Position numbers and translations under genes: made by a program
Origin: a bacterium
GTDB taxonomy: Bacteria; Zhuqueibacterota; Zhuqueibacteria; Residuimicrobiales; Krinioviventaceae
Direction: 5' to 3'
Assembly (NCBI GenBank): GCA_963693055.1
Contig: OY843751.1
Coordinates: 4,832,001-4,896,000 of the forward strand
Length of the DNA stretch: 64,000 bases
The notes under the pieces: generated by a model
Databases searched by the model: none
Told to the model about the DNA's origin: nothing
What the model saw: the letters and a program-made list of their open reading frames with translations, nothing else
In this document: positions 48,049-59,862 of the stretch, in pieces
How positions within the stretch are numbered: position 1 is the stretch's first letter
Layout: the number at the start of each line of letters is the position of its first letter

Positions 48049-49569
48049 TCAGATAAAAGATTCGGGACCCTGTTGTAATACGGTAACATAGATACCTTTA
48101 ATACCAACTAACGGACATTTATACTCACAAATTCCACAACCCGTGCATAAATCTTGATTTACAAATGGAAATTTTACAGTTTCAAGACTGCCGTCTGGTT
48201 TTTGAACCTCTCTTACATCAAACTTTATCGCTTTTTCTGGCAAGGGACAATGTTCTTCGCATACCAGGCAATCTTGAAAATTGTTCCAGGGAATACATAC
48301 ATCCTTGTTAAAATATGCGGTTCCCATTTTTACTTTTTGTTTGTCTTGCAATGATAGGTTTTGTATTGCACCGGTGGGGCAAATCTGTCCGCAAAGATTA
48401 CAGCTATATTCACAATACCCGGATGCAAAATCCAAAACAGGAGACCAGAATCCTTCAATTCCTGCCTTAATAACTGCTGGCTGTAAACATCCGCCTGTTG
48501 AAGAACAAATTTTCACACACTCCTGACACCGAATGCAACGATCAAGAAAATCCAGCTCATCAAGCGATCCGGGAGGTCTCAAAGGGGTATTACCTGAAAC
48601 CGCCTGACGAGTTGAGCCTAGTACAACAGCGCCTACAACGCCGGCTGAACTGGATTTAATAAATTGGCGTTTACTGATATCAATTTTGTTGTTATCGTCT
48701 GGTTTTGAAAAGCGAAACGATATAGAACCGGGTTTACAGGCATCCACACAGTCGGCACATTCAATACACTCTACAACATGACTTGAATAATCATCTTCGA
48801 TTGCATTCATTTTGCAATGCGAAAAACATATTCCACATTGGGCACATGTTGAATCTACATAGCGATTTAATATCCGAAATTTAGAAAAAATACCCAGTAA
48901 CGCACCCAAGGGACAAATATTCCTGCACCAGAAACGTTTGCTGATCAAGGCAGCCAATAAAATCAGCAAGAAAATCAAAAGCACCAAAATACTCGAACTA
49001 AATGCTGGCTGCCGAACAGGCAAAACAGATTGCTGCAACAAATCAAATGTCCAATATACCGGTTCGTCTAAAAATTCAAATCTAAACAACACATTCAAGG
49101 TCCCATTCACAACCCAGACAAATGCAGGAAAAATCGTCAAAGTTAAAAATCGGGTAAGCAAAGCAATGGGATCAAAGAACCACACAAATTGCACCGAAAG
49201 CAGAGATGCAGAAATTAGAAAAAATAATATATAAAATTTAATATTATAAAGCTTTTTATCTCTCAAAAAATTTGAAATATTTTTCTTTTGAATAAAAATT
49301 TTATCATTTAAATCAATGCAAGTACCCAGGGGACAAATCCAGCCACAAAAGAATCTACCCAAAGGTATTGTCAATAAAAGGACAAAAAGCCCCGGCAATA
49401 TTAAACCCAGAGAACGCGCTGACAAGGCAGTTATTAATCCTATCAAAGGATCAATTCGTAAAAATAAATCAGCAGGGATAAATGACTCGTAAGGGAATCG
49501 AGCAAAGAAAAACAAGCTGATAAATAACAGCAAAAACAGGATTTGAGAGATTCTGCGATAGATTTTCAA
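48049..49569 (-). CDS. Membrane polyferredoxin (NapH/MauN + NapG/MauM-type fusion)
   Basis: GRFFCGWICPLG, RFWCRNICPLG, LRPPGS..CIRCQEC and several CxxCxxCxxxCP motifs. Confidence 0.88.
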   Translation of the reverse strand: MKIYRRISQILFLLLFISLFFFARFPYESFIPADLFLRIDPLIGLITALSARSLGLILPGLFVLLLTIPLGRFFCGWICPLGTCIDLNDKIFIQKKNISNFLRDKKLYNIKFYILFFLISASLLSVQFVWFFDPIALLTRFLTLTIFPAFVWVVNGTLNVLFRFEFLDEPVYWTFDLLQQSVLPVRQPAFSSSILVLLIFLLILLAALISKRFWCRNICPLGALLGIFSKFRILNRYVDSTCAQCGICFSHCKMNAIEDDYSSHVVECIECADCVDACKPGSISFRFSKPDDNNKIDISKRQFIKSSSAGVVGAVVLGSTRQAVSGNTPLRPPGSLDELDFLDRCIRCQECVKICSSTGGCLQPAVIKAGIEGFWSPVLDFASGYCEYSCNLCGQICPTGAIQNLSLQDKQKVKMGTAYFNKDVCIPWNNFQDCLVCEEHCPLPEKAIKFDVREVQKPDGSLETVKFPFVNQDLCTGCGICEYKCPLVGIKGIYVTVLQQGPESFI

Positions 49570-49600
49570 AAGTAAATTTCCGTAATATTATTTTATTAAA

Positions 49601-50518
49601 TCATGCAGATAAATCGAGCGTATGAATTTTCAATTTTTCAAGATCAGCCACGCCTAATCCGCGTGCGGCAGCGTTTTGTAAATACTCTAGTTCCTGTGGG
49701 TGAATACCAAACAAATCAGTGGCACAAGCATCAGCAGCTACGCGGTCAGTGGATGCGATTACTGTTTTCTTTTCTTCAACATCATCAACATTGCCTCCCG
49801 AAGGACCGTTACGTAAAAGTACCCGATAAGCATCAATAATAGTAAGTGCAGTATGTATGCCTGTATTTACATCAACAATTGCTGTATGAAAGTTGCGGTG
49901 TAATTGTCCTCGGTCACCACCCAAAACACCCATAATATTTTTCATACCCAAAGTCAATCTTGAAACCGTGTGATCTTTGGCAATGGGTATATTGATCAAA
50001 ACATCAAAATCCAAAACATCTTTATAAACAGGCCATTTTTTTATTACTTCACCATTGGGGAAATCGACATCAACAAAGCGGCTGGCAACAATATGACGAA
50101 CCTGAGCTCCGGCATCTTGAGCTGCTTTTTTAATACCACTGTTACGATAACATCGTTTTGGCTCATTGCAGGTACGATCCAAAACCCTTATACGTTTTGC
50201 GCCTTGTTCTCTACACATTTTAATTACCTGAGCAACAATTTGAGGATTAGTATTGGCAGCCTGTTCCGGTACACGGTCCCAACCTATATTGGGCTTTATC
50301 AATACTGATTGTCCCTTTTTCACAAAACGCTGCATTCCCCCGAGATTATCAATAGCTTGTTTTACAAGAGTGGCTGGACTTTCATTTTGGGTTATCACAA
50401 CATCAGGTAATGATTGAATATCAGACTGAGCTAAAGCCAAGGCATAAACCCCTAAACCCGATATAGTGGCAGTTTTTATAAAATGTCTACGGTCTAATTC
50501 CTGCAAAACAGACCTCAT
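49601..50518 (-). CDS. DUF362 protein with a Tat signal
   Basis: DRRHFIK, LGGMQRFV..IKPNIGWDR, TLGMKN, DRVAADA. Confidence 0.88.
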   Translation of the reverse strand: MRSVLQELDRRHFIKTATISGLGVYALALAQSDIQSLPDVVITQNESPATLVKQAIDNLGGMQRFVKKGQSVLIKPNIGWDRVPEQAANTNPQIVAQVIKMCREQGAKRIRVLDRTCNEPKRCYRNSGIKKAAQDAGAQVRHIVASRFVDVDFPNGEVIKKWPVYKDVLDFDVLINIPIAKDHTVSRLTLGMKNIMGVLGGDRGQLHRNFHTAIVDVNTGIHTALTIIDAYRVLLRNGPSGGNVDDVEEKKTVIASTDRVAADACATDLFGIHPQELEYLQNAAARGLGVADLEKLKIHTLDLSA

Positions 50519-50531
50519 TTCGGTTAAAAAC

Positions 50532-50557
50532 AAAAAAGGCCCGCAAGAGCGGGCCTT
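50532..50557 (-). terminator. Terminator after the TPR gene
   Basis: GGCCCGC-TCTT-GCGGGCC followed by TTTTTT on the minus strand. Confidence 0.88.
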
Positions 50558-50563
50558 GAAATT

Positions 50564-51586
50564 TTATAAACCTTTTTCAATCAACTCTAGCTCATATTGA
50601 GCGCTCTTGCGCCAACGGCTATCCCGTTCGGCGGCTTGAAAGAATTGCTTGGCTTGTGCAATATCACCAAGAGCTTTGCTTGCAACTCCTGCTTCGTAAT
50701 TTGCACCGCCTTTGTAATTTGCAGGCTTTACCAGGCAAGCTTTTGCAGCAGCAAGTGCTTCTGAATAATTGCCTTGCTTGTTATAAGCAGTAGCCAATTG
50801 AAAATTTGTACGAGCATCATCAGCTTTAACAGCAAGAGCATTTTGCAATGCCATAATAGCATCATCAAGTTTTCCCATTTCAATAAAAGTTTCACCCATT
50901 TGAGTAAAAGCTTTAATATAATTGGGTTTTACCTGAGTTGCCATTCTTAAATATTTAATAGCCTCTTCAAATGATTTGGTCTTGTTATAAACAAGAGCCA
51001 GATTGTACATTGAAGATTCACTTTGCGGATCAAGTTCGATTGCTTTTTTGTAAGCTTCAATCGATTTGTCATATTGACGCAAGCGATTATAAGCATTACC
51101 CATTGCAGAATAAGCCATATCATAACTGGGTTCAATATCTACAGCTTTTTGAAAGGTGGCAACAGAGTTTTCAAATTGCTTCAACTTGTTATAACTGAGA
51201 CCTTTTCCATAAAGCGCTTTACTGTAATTGGGATCAAGTTTCAACGCATCATCATACTTGGCAATAGCCGCATCATACTGACCTTTTTTGTATAATGTAT
51301 TTGCCTCGTTATACGCTTTTTTGGCATTATTAATTTTTTCCATTGCAGCAACATCTTGCTCAAGTTTTGATTTCAGTTCCTGCAACTCTTTTTGTGCCTG
51401 ATTATACTGCGGTAACAAAGCATCATATTCTTCTTTTTTAATGCCAGGTTTCGACATTTTTGCAGTAATTTCTTTTACTTCTCTAGCTTTGTCATTATAC
51501 TGTTGCTGCAGGTCTTGTGCTAAACCTGTTGATACTAAAACGAGAATTGCCATCAAAATAACAGCATAGATGTTTTTTCTCATCAT
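50564..51586 (-). CDS. Exported TPR-repeat protein
   Basis: Signal peptide, N-terminal coiled coil, multiple TPR units. Confidence 0.85.
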   Translation of the reverse strand: MMRKNIYAVILMAILVLVSTGLAQDLQQQYNDKAREVKEITAKMSKPGIKKEEYDALLPQYNQAQKELQELKSKLEQDVAAMEKINNAKKAYNEANTLYKKGQYDAAIAKYDDALKLDPNYSKALYGKGLSYNKLKQFENSVATFQKAVDIEPSYDMAYSAMGNAYNRLRQYDKSIEAYKKAIELDPQSESSMYNLALVYNKTKSFEEAIKYLRMATQVKPNYIKAFTQMGETFIEMGKLDDAIMALQNALAVKADDARTNFQLATAYNKQGNYSEALAAAKACLVKPANYKGGANYEAGVASKALGDIAQAKQFFQAAERDSRWRKSAQYELELIEKGL

Positions 51587-51629
51587 AATTCAATCCTTTA
51601 GTTTTGTTTCCCTGACCAATTTTACAATG

Positions 51630-51713
51630 TGCCGAAGGCGGGATTTGAACCCGCACGCCCGTAAAGGCACTACCCCCTCAAGATAGCGTGTCTACCAATT
51701 CCACCACTTCGGC
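51630..51713 (-). tRNA. tRNA-Leu(GAG)
   Basis: GCCGAAG/CTTCGGC acceptor stem, CTATC-TTGAGGG-GGTAG anticodon arm, long variable arm, GGTTCAAATCC; follows secG as in many bacteria. Confidence 0.97.
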
Positions 51714-51726
51714 AAAGAACATTTTT

Positions 51727-52104
51727 TTAATTTGCATCGGGCTGCGGTTGAGCTGCCGGAATTGTTTCTTGCGGCAATGGCTCTGCAACCTCGGGCAATG
51801 TACGTGCAGGTGATGACATTCTGCGTTGACGTTCCTGTTCAACCAGTCCCTGACCAACTTCACCGCCACGGGTTACCATACCCAATAACAGCGCTATGAC
51901 CATAAACATAGTGACCAAAATGGTTGTCATACGGGTCAGAAAAGGTGCTGAACCTTTACCACCAAAAACAGAACCCATAGAATCTACACCACCAAAAGCA
52001 CCTCCTGCCAGTCCGCCGCCTTTACCCGACTGGATCAAAACGACAAATACCAAAAGCAGGGCTGCAATTACAAAAACAACTGTTAAAATAGTCTGAATAA
52101 TCAT
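51727..52104 (-). CDS. secG: Preprotein translocase subunit SecG
   Basis: VLIQSGKGGGLAGGAFGG..FLTRMT; tpiA-secG-tRNA-Leu order. Confidence 0.95.
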   Translation of the reverse strand: MIIQTILTVVFVIAALLLVFVVLIQSGKGGGLAGGAFGGVDSMGSVFGGKGSAPFLTRMTTILVTMFMVIALLLGMVTRGGEVGQGLVEQERQRRMSSPARTLPEVAEPLPQETIPAAQPQPDAN

Positions 52105-52128
52105 TATTACCTCAGTAAATTAAAGCAT

Positions 52129-52875
52129 TTAGGCATTGATAATACCCAAAAATGAGTCAGCTTTGAGTGCCGCGCCACCGATTAAACCACCGTCTATATC
52201 AGGTTGTCCTAATAATTCTTTAGCGTTATCAGGCTTCATGCTGCCACCATACTGGATACGAGTTGCGTCTGCAAGCGCTTGATCATACAACTCGGCCATC
52301 AAATCACGAATCATTTTGTGTACTTGCTGAGCCTGTTCGGGAGTAGCTACTTTACCGGTACCAATAGCCCATACAGGTTCATAAGCAATAACAATTTTAC
52401 CTGCGTCTTCTTTGGAAAGATCTTGAAATGCTCCACGTACCTGCTTTGTTACAACCTTATCGGTATCACCAGATTCACGTTCTTCAAGTAGTTCGCCTAC
52501 ACAAACAATAGGAATCAAACCGGATTCCAAAGCCTTTTTTACTTTTTTATTTACAGTTTCATCTGTTTCATTAAAATATTGCCGACGTTCAGAGTGTCCA
52601 ATAATGACATATTGACAACCGACGGATTGCAACATTCCTGCACAAACCTGTCCGGTAAAAGCTCCATAATTTTCCCAGTACATATCCTGTGCACCAAGAC
52701 CAATAGGTGTACCATTTATTACATTATGTACTGCATATAAACTTGTAAATGGTGGACACAAAACAACATCCACATCATGGTTATCATATGTATCTTTGAT
52801 CGCTTGTGCCAACTCTACCGCTTCTTCTACGGTAGTATTCATTTTCCAGTTACCGGCAATTATTCTCTTTCTCAT
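52129..52875 (-). CDS. tpiA: Triosephosphate isomerase
   Basis: AGNWKMN, GHSERR, AYEPVWAIGTG, YGGS. Confidence 0.99.
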   Translation of the reverse strand: MRKRIIAGNWKMNTTVEEAVELAQAIKDTYDNHDVDVVLCPPFTSLYAVHNVINGTPIGLGAQDMYWENYGAFTGQVCAGMLQSVGCQYVIIGHSERRQYFNETDETVNKKVKKALESGLIPIVCVGELLEERESGDTDKVVTKQVRGAFQDLSKEDAGKIVIAYEPVWAIGTGKVATPEQAQQVHKMIRDLMAELYDQALADATRIQYGGSMKPDNAKELLGQPDIDGGLIGGAALKADSFLGIINA

Positions 52876-52970
52876 AGTCCTCTTCTCATTTCACAGGACC
52901 GCATCACTGCGGCCCTGTTTATATTTCAACAATTAAAATTTCTTCAAGTTCCTGTAATATTGAAAAAATA

Positions 52971-54934
<1,964 letters not shown>

Positions 54935-55005
54935 TTATGGTCCCTTCGTAAACTATTGTTTTTTATAAAACGACATTTATTAAAGCTATTAAATGTAAAC
55001 CTGTA

Positions 55006-55034
55006 AAATTAAGAATAAAATAGGAAAATGTCAA
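55006..55034 (-). promoter_or_regulatory. Sigma-70 promoter of the fba-gap operon
   Basis: Minus strand TTGACA-N17-TAATTT. Confidence 0.65.
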
Positions 55035-55037
55035 GAA

Positions 55038-55787
55038 TTATCTGGCACTATTCAACTTCTCTACACGGGCAATTGATACTATATCCACTCTTTTAGCGCC
55101 ATTTTGACGAAGGGTAAACGCACATTCATTAACGGTACTGCCAGTTGTTACAACATCATCTACTAATAAAATTGACTTGTCCGAAATTTCCAGATGATTC
55201 GATACAGAAAAAGCGCCAGTTAATCCATTCATTCGCTCTTGACGGTCTTTTCTTGCCTGTGCTGATGTATGCAGAGAACGTTTCAATGCTTTTTTCAATA
55301 ATGGTATTCCACTCGTTTCGCTCAGGCTTTTTGCGATCAACTCTGACTGGTTATATCCACGCATTTTCTGACGACGAGGATGAAGCGGCACAGGTATCAT
55401 AAAATCCCAATCCTGATTATTGGATTCAATGATTGGCAATAGCTGTTTGCCCCAATAATCAGACAGACCGGTCTCACCCCAATATTTGAACAGATGAACA
55501 AGGTGCCTTAGATCGTTCTCATAATAAAAAGCAGATAAAACAAGTTCAAAATGGATTTCCTGATCTTTGGGGATGTCAAGATTATCATGGTCCGCGCAGG
55601 GCTGCTCTAGTCTTACCAATTGCTTGTCACACGCGCTACAAACAAGAATTTTTCTTTCTTTTAAACGGACTCCACACAACAGGCAATGTGGAGGGAAACA
55701 AAAATCCAACAACGGATCAAAAAAAGAACTGGCCGCACCTTTAAACTTATTAAAAACACGGCCATATTTATAATTTTTACTCGTCAT
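55038..55787 (-). CDS. comF: ComF family protein (zinc finger + phosphoribosyltransferase fold)
   Basis: FPPHCLLC..CSAC, PVPLH..RGYNQS, LLVDDVVTTGST. Confidence 0.93.
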   Translation of the reverse strand: MTSKNYKYGRVFNKFKGAASSFFDPLLDFCFPPHCLLCGVRLKERKILVCSACDKQLVRLEQPCADHDNLDIPKDQEIHFELVLSAFYYENDLRHLVHLFKYWGETGLSDYWGKQLLPIIESNNQDWDFMIPVPLHPRRQKMRGYNQSELIAKSLSETSGIPLLKKALKRSLHTSAQARKDRQERMNGLTGAFSVSNHLEISDKSILLVDDVVTTGSTVNECAFTLRQNGAKRVDIVSIARVEKLNSAR

Positions 55788-57130
55788 TAAAATTGATACG
55801 TAAATACCAGCTTGGGTTCAATTCTTTCCTGAGGCATATAGACTCGTGAACCAGGATCCTTTTCCACAAAGGTCCAAATATAATCCATATAAAGAATTAA
55901 ATACGGCTTTATTTTATAACCTAATCCCACTCTGGCCACACTTTGATTATCAAGCGTAAACACATCTCTGATCATCTCTATGCCAATCTTATCATAGGTT
56001 GCATGCGCGGCAATACCGGGAATTGCATCAGGCGCGTCTGCGGAAAGGTGCATTATACCGCTTTCGTCAATTTCATCCAAACGGCTAAACATACCCAAGA
56101 GCCTTACCTTGTCTCCTAATAGTCCACCATACAGCTCGCCAAATACACCTTTGGTTTCCTCGGTAATCCCAATCAATTCGTCAACCTTATATACGCCAGA
56201 AGCCGAACCTTCAGCCACCTGGTAACGCTGAATTTCATAAAAAGCGTCAAAGAATGAAGGAACAAACTCTTTGCCCAGCCAACGTCGTTCCAATTTTGCA
56301 GAAATATCAATCAAGCCTAACAAATTTCCAAAAGAAGCCATTACGCCTACTGCCTGTCCATGACCAAATGTTCGGGACTCTTGTTCAAATGCACTGAATC
56401 CTGCAATTTGCGCCCAGTCATAATACAAAGTAGAATTAAAAATAGGAGTACGAATAATTGGCAATTCCGCGTCAAAACCGTAAACTGTGGTTGCATCATC
56501 AGAATCATCCTCAGTATCCGGATCAATATCGCGTGCATAAGACGCACCTAATGCAAAATTTTTGATAATGGGGATATCTACTACACCACGCAATGGACGA
56601 AAATAACCACGTCCCGCTAACAATTCTGCACGTCCTACATTACTGGTAATGGTTTCGAATCCAAATTTTCCAAAATCGAGATCAAAGGCCAGACCAATTT
56701 TACGATTATCATAAGAGGCTTCATTGGTATAATAGTTTACAATGAAACCATGGCCCAACCGAGCGGCATCCAAAGTTCCTACTCGCGCATAAACAGGATC
56801 AAATTTGTGTCCCCAGCGCAAATACCGGATCAAACGCAGGTAATCATAGCCTTCATCCCAGTCTTCCTTACGAAGCTCTCCGTTAGATGTATTATATAGC
56901 AGGTTAATATTCAAACCGATACCAATTTTGCCAAAAGCAAGCTCAGGCCTGAAATTAATTGAAAAGTAAGTTTCAGAGGTCTCACCATCAATGGTTGTAA
57001 TACCAACACCACCCATCAAAAGTCCACCATCCTGGCCCATATAGCCCAGTCCGCCATCCGCATACTGCGCAAATCCGGTCCCGGCAAATAGAAACAGAAC
57101 CAATATTAAAACAGCAACCATCTTCTTCAT
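55787..57130 (-). CDS. Outer-membrane beta-barrel protein of unknown function
   Basis: Signal peptide, ARLGHGFIVNYY, C-terminal FTYQF; TAATG overlap with comF. Confidence 0.72.
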   Translation of the reverse strand: MKKMVAVLILVLFLFAGTGFAQYADGGLGYMGQDGGLLMGGVGITTIDGETSETYFSINFRPELAFGKIGIGLNINLLYNTSNGELRKEDWDEGYDYLRLIRYLRWGHKFDPVYARVGTLDAARLGHGFIVNYYTNEASYDNRKIGLAFDLDFGKFGFETITSNVGRAELLAGRGYFRPLRGVVDIPIIKNFALGASYARDIDPDTEDDSDDATTVYGFDAELPIIRTPIFNSTLYYDWAQIAGFSAFEQESRTFGHGQAVGVMASFGNLLGLIDISAKLERRWLGKEFVPSFFDAFYEIQRYQVAEGSASGVYKVDELIGITEETKGVFGELYGGLLGDKVRLLGMFSRLDEIDESGIMHLSADAPDAIPGIAAHATYDKIGIEMIRDVFTLDNQSVARVGLGYKIKPYLILYMDYIWTFVEKDPGSRVYMPQERIEPKLVFTYQF

Positions 57131-57239
57131 GATTATCTCCTTGCAATAGTCAATACAATAATACCCCGTATCTCTATTTACGGTTTTTGTCTCTGTTTAT
57201 ATGTGTTCAATGTCACAATTTATTGCAGATATTTCAACA

Positions 57240-58271
57240 TTACCACAAATCATCCATACCCGGGGGGATATCAAAATGGGTTGCCCACTGAAAATGACCA
57301 TGTCCTCCCGAAGAAACTGCTTTATCTAATAATAACAAGCGTTTATGCTCCAATTCTTCTGTGGCTAAAAATTCAAACATTTCTTTAACTTTGGAATTTT
57401 TTGACTTTAACGCGGCGTTACGATAAAAATCATACGCTTTTTGCTCCGCATTTATTGCAAGTGCAATTGCATCATCCGCAGAAATTCCCGCATCCACTTT
57501 GTGCTTGCCAATTTCAGTATTGTTTATATTTATTACAGGTTCTTTGCCCCCAGACAACTGCTTGAATAACTCTGACAACTGTTCAAAGTGTTCTACTTCA
57601 ACTGTAGCCAAGTAGCTGAATTTATTCTTTAATTTATCACTGCCCATCTGGCTGCTTACACCCAGATAAAACTCTTGTGCGCCCTTTTCTCTGCTTATAG
57701 CCAGCTCGAGCGCTTTTAAAACATCCAGCTCAGCCTCTTCTTTTTCAAGAAATCCCGTATGCAGGGCCTTAAAAATAGCCTCATTAAATGCACTCAGATC
57801 ATCAGGAGTACGGGATGTTATGAGCTGCCCATCAACACAAACAGGCTGATCAACATATTTGGCACCCACATTAAGTACATCGTCACGAATGCCAACATAA
57901 CAGGTCAACGTCACACCTTTTAAAACACCAGCAGATATAAGCACTTGAGGACCGTGACAAATCGCCGCAACAGGTCTTCCACTCTGCCAAAATGTTTTCA
58001 CAAATTCAAGAGCAGTTTCGTTTACTCTGATACGCTCGGGCGCGCCTCCTCCCGGAATGATCAAACCATCATAATCTTCAGGTTTCACCTCTGATATCAC
58101 CTTGTCTGGCTTTAATGAAAACTCGCCATATTTGCCAGTCACTTCCGATGAATCTAAACCAACCAAATCAACAGTTGCATTTTTTTCTCGTAGACAGTCC
58201 CGGGGAGACGTTGTTTCTTCTTCATGGAACTTTTGAGCGATTAGAATAGCAATCTTTTTATTTGTTAACAT
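57240..58271 (-). CDS. PfpI/DJ-1 domain fused to a ferritin-like (rubrerythrin-type) domain
   Basis: FHEEE, IPGG, AICHGP, TSRTPDDL; then EKGAQEFY/EVEH and EQKAYDFY/ELEH. Confidence 0.88.
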   Translation of the reverse strand: MLTNKKIAILIAQKFHEEETTSPRDCLREKNATVDLVGLDSSEVTGKYGEFSLKPDKVISEVKPEDYDGLIIPGGGAPERIRVNETALEFVKTFWQSGRPVAAICHGPQVLISAGVLKGVTLTCYVGIRDDVLNVGAKYVDQPVCVDGQLITSRTPDDLSAFNEAIFKALHTGFLEKEEAELDVLKALELAISREKGAQEFYLGVSSQMGSDKLKNKFSYLATVEVEHFEQLSELFKQLSGGKEPVININNTEIGKHKVDAGISADDAIALAINAEQKAYDFYRNAALKSKNSKVKEMFEFLATEELEHKRLLLLDKAVSSGGHGHFQWATHFDIPPGMDDLW

Positions 58272-58292
58272 AGGCCCCTCTTGCCAAAGAGT

Positions 58293-59033
58293 TTATAGTT
58301 TACCGTTCAATAACAAGTTCAATTCATCGCGCAAAATTGCAGCGTGTTCATAATCTTCACGCTCTATTGCTTTTTCAAGTTCTTTGTTCAATTTTTCAAC
58401 CGGAGACAAGGGCTTCATTTCCTGAATTTCTTCGGCCCATTGTTTCAAATAATCAAGTTCAAACTTTTCAGGTGTAGCGTGATCGGGATAGTTTTTGTAA
58501 AATTTTTCAATATCAACAATTCCTTCATCAATCTGAACAAGCGCTTGTTCGAATTCAGAATTATTGATTTGCATTGAAGCTACTGCACGTGTATACATCA
58601 TGATCACATAAGGGCGATATTGCTGAAATGTCCAAACAATCTCTACACTGTCTGAATATTTTTCCACAAAGTCAAACACCCGCAAATTCCGTCTGGTATC
58701 ACGCGCTACTCTTTCAAAATCTTCCAATTTCATTAACGCCAGGTATCGATGATAATATTGTATAGATTCCTGTTGTAGTTTCAGGCACTCGGTTGGCGTT
58801 AAAATAAACGACTCGTCCGGACTCTTTTCGCTTTTAGCAATATAGTAATCAAGATACGATTCCTGCCGCGCCGGACGCTTTCCATCCGGCCTTCCATCGA
58901 GTTCCATTTGCAAAATACCCAAATCCAGACGCATCTGCAATTTGGATCCACCATCCTCACCCTCGATAATACGGACATTTAAATCGTCTGTTGTGTATTT
59001 CCAACGTTTTAAAATGGGTCCAATATCATCCAT
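58293..59033 (-). CDS. UVR (UvrB/UvrC motif) domain protein
   Basis: QMRLDLGILQMELDGRPDG; C-terminal AIEREDYEHAAILRDE. Confidence 0.82.
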   Translation of the reverse strand: MDDIGPILKRWKYTTDDLNVRIIEGEDGGSKLQMRLDLGILQMELDGRPDGKRPARQESYLDYYIAKSEKSPDESFILTPTECLKLQQESIQYYHRYLALMKLEDFERVARDTRRNLRVFDFVEKYSDSVEIVWTFQQYRPYVIMMYTRAVASMQINNSEFEQALVQIDEGIVDIEKFYKNYPDHATPEKFELDYLKQWAEEIQEMKPLSPVEKLNKELEKAIEREDYEHAAILRDELNLLLNGKL

Positions 59034-59087
59034 AACACTACTCCAATAAATATACGCTTAACAAAGCTTTATACTATACAACATATT

Positions 59088-59861
59088 TCATTTAAAATAA
59101 TTCACCGCATTTTCAAACAAAACCAAGCCATCGCCCTGCTCTGCCATACCCAACCGGGTCCATTGAGGATGCTGACTCGGTTCAATATGCCGTTCCGGGT
59201 GAGGCATTAAACCCAAAACACGGCCAGCGGGGTCACATATTCCAGCAATATTCGCAACAGAACCATTGGGGTTCATAGGATACTTGACTTCACCACCATT
59301 GAGGGCAGCATACTGAAAGACAATTTGCTTGTTCCTGACGAGCTCGTTCAGGGTATCATCGCTATCCGGAACAAATTTCCCTTCAGCATGCGCTACCGGG
59401 AAGTATACTTTGTTTGGCATATTTTGTGTAAACACACAAGGTCCGTCATTTACATCCAGATGGACCCACCGATCTTCAAATTTTCCGGAATCATTGTCTG
59501 TCAGGGTTACTTTTTGTTGAGCTGTTAGCTCAACTACCGGCAACAGTCCTGCTTTTACAAGAACCTGAAAGCCATTACAAATACCAATGATCAATTTATC
59601 ATCATTATAAAATTCCTGCAATACTTGCTGCAGTTTATATTTCAATTGATTAGCTAACACCTTTCCCGCCGAAATGTCATCACCATAAGTAAATCCACCG
59701 GGAATAGCCAGGATCTGATAATCTTCCAATTTCACAGAGCCTTCAAGCAATCGGTTAACATGTACCAGATCTGCTTTAGCACCTGCTGTTTCAAATGCGA
59801 ACTGGGTTTCCTGATCACAATTAGAGCCAGCCGCACGTAATACAATCACACGAGGATTCAT
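59088..59861 (-). CDS. purQ: FGAM synthase glutaminase subunit
   Basis: PGGFTYGD, GICNGFQ, AHAEG, MPHPER. Confidence 0.97.
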   Translation of the reverse strand: MNPRVIVLRAAGSNCDQETQFAFETAGAKADLVHVNRLLEGSVKLEDYQILAIPGGFTYGDDISAGKVLANQLKYKLQQVLQEFYNDDKLIIGICNGFQVLVKAGLLPVVELTAQQKVTLTDNDSGKFEDRWVHLDVNDGPCVFTQNMPNKVYFPVAHAEGKFVPDSDDTLNELVRNKQIVFQYAALNGGEVKYPMNPNGSVANIAGICDPAGRVLGLMPHPERHIEPSQHPQWTRLGMAEQGDGLVLFENAVNYFK

Positions 59862-59862
59862 T

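Noticed and set aside
51678-51869. 63-aa ORF overlapping secG and tRNA-Leu
   Set aside because: Runs into the tRNA; an alternative frame of secG.
57165-57183. CCGTA/TACGG hairpin upstream of the beta-barrel gene
   Set aside because: Short stem without a convincing U-tail; too weak to call.
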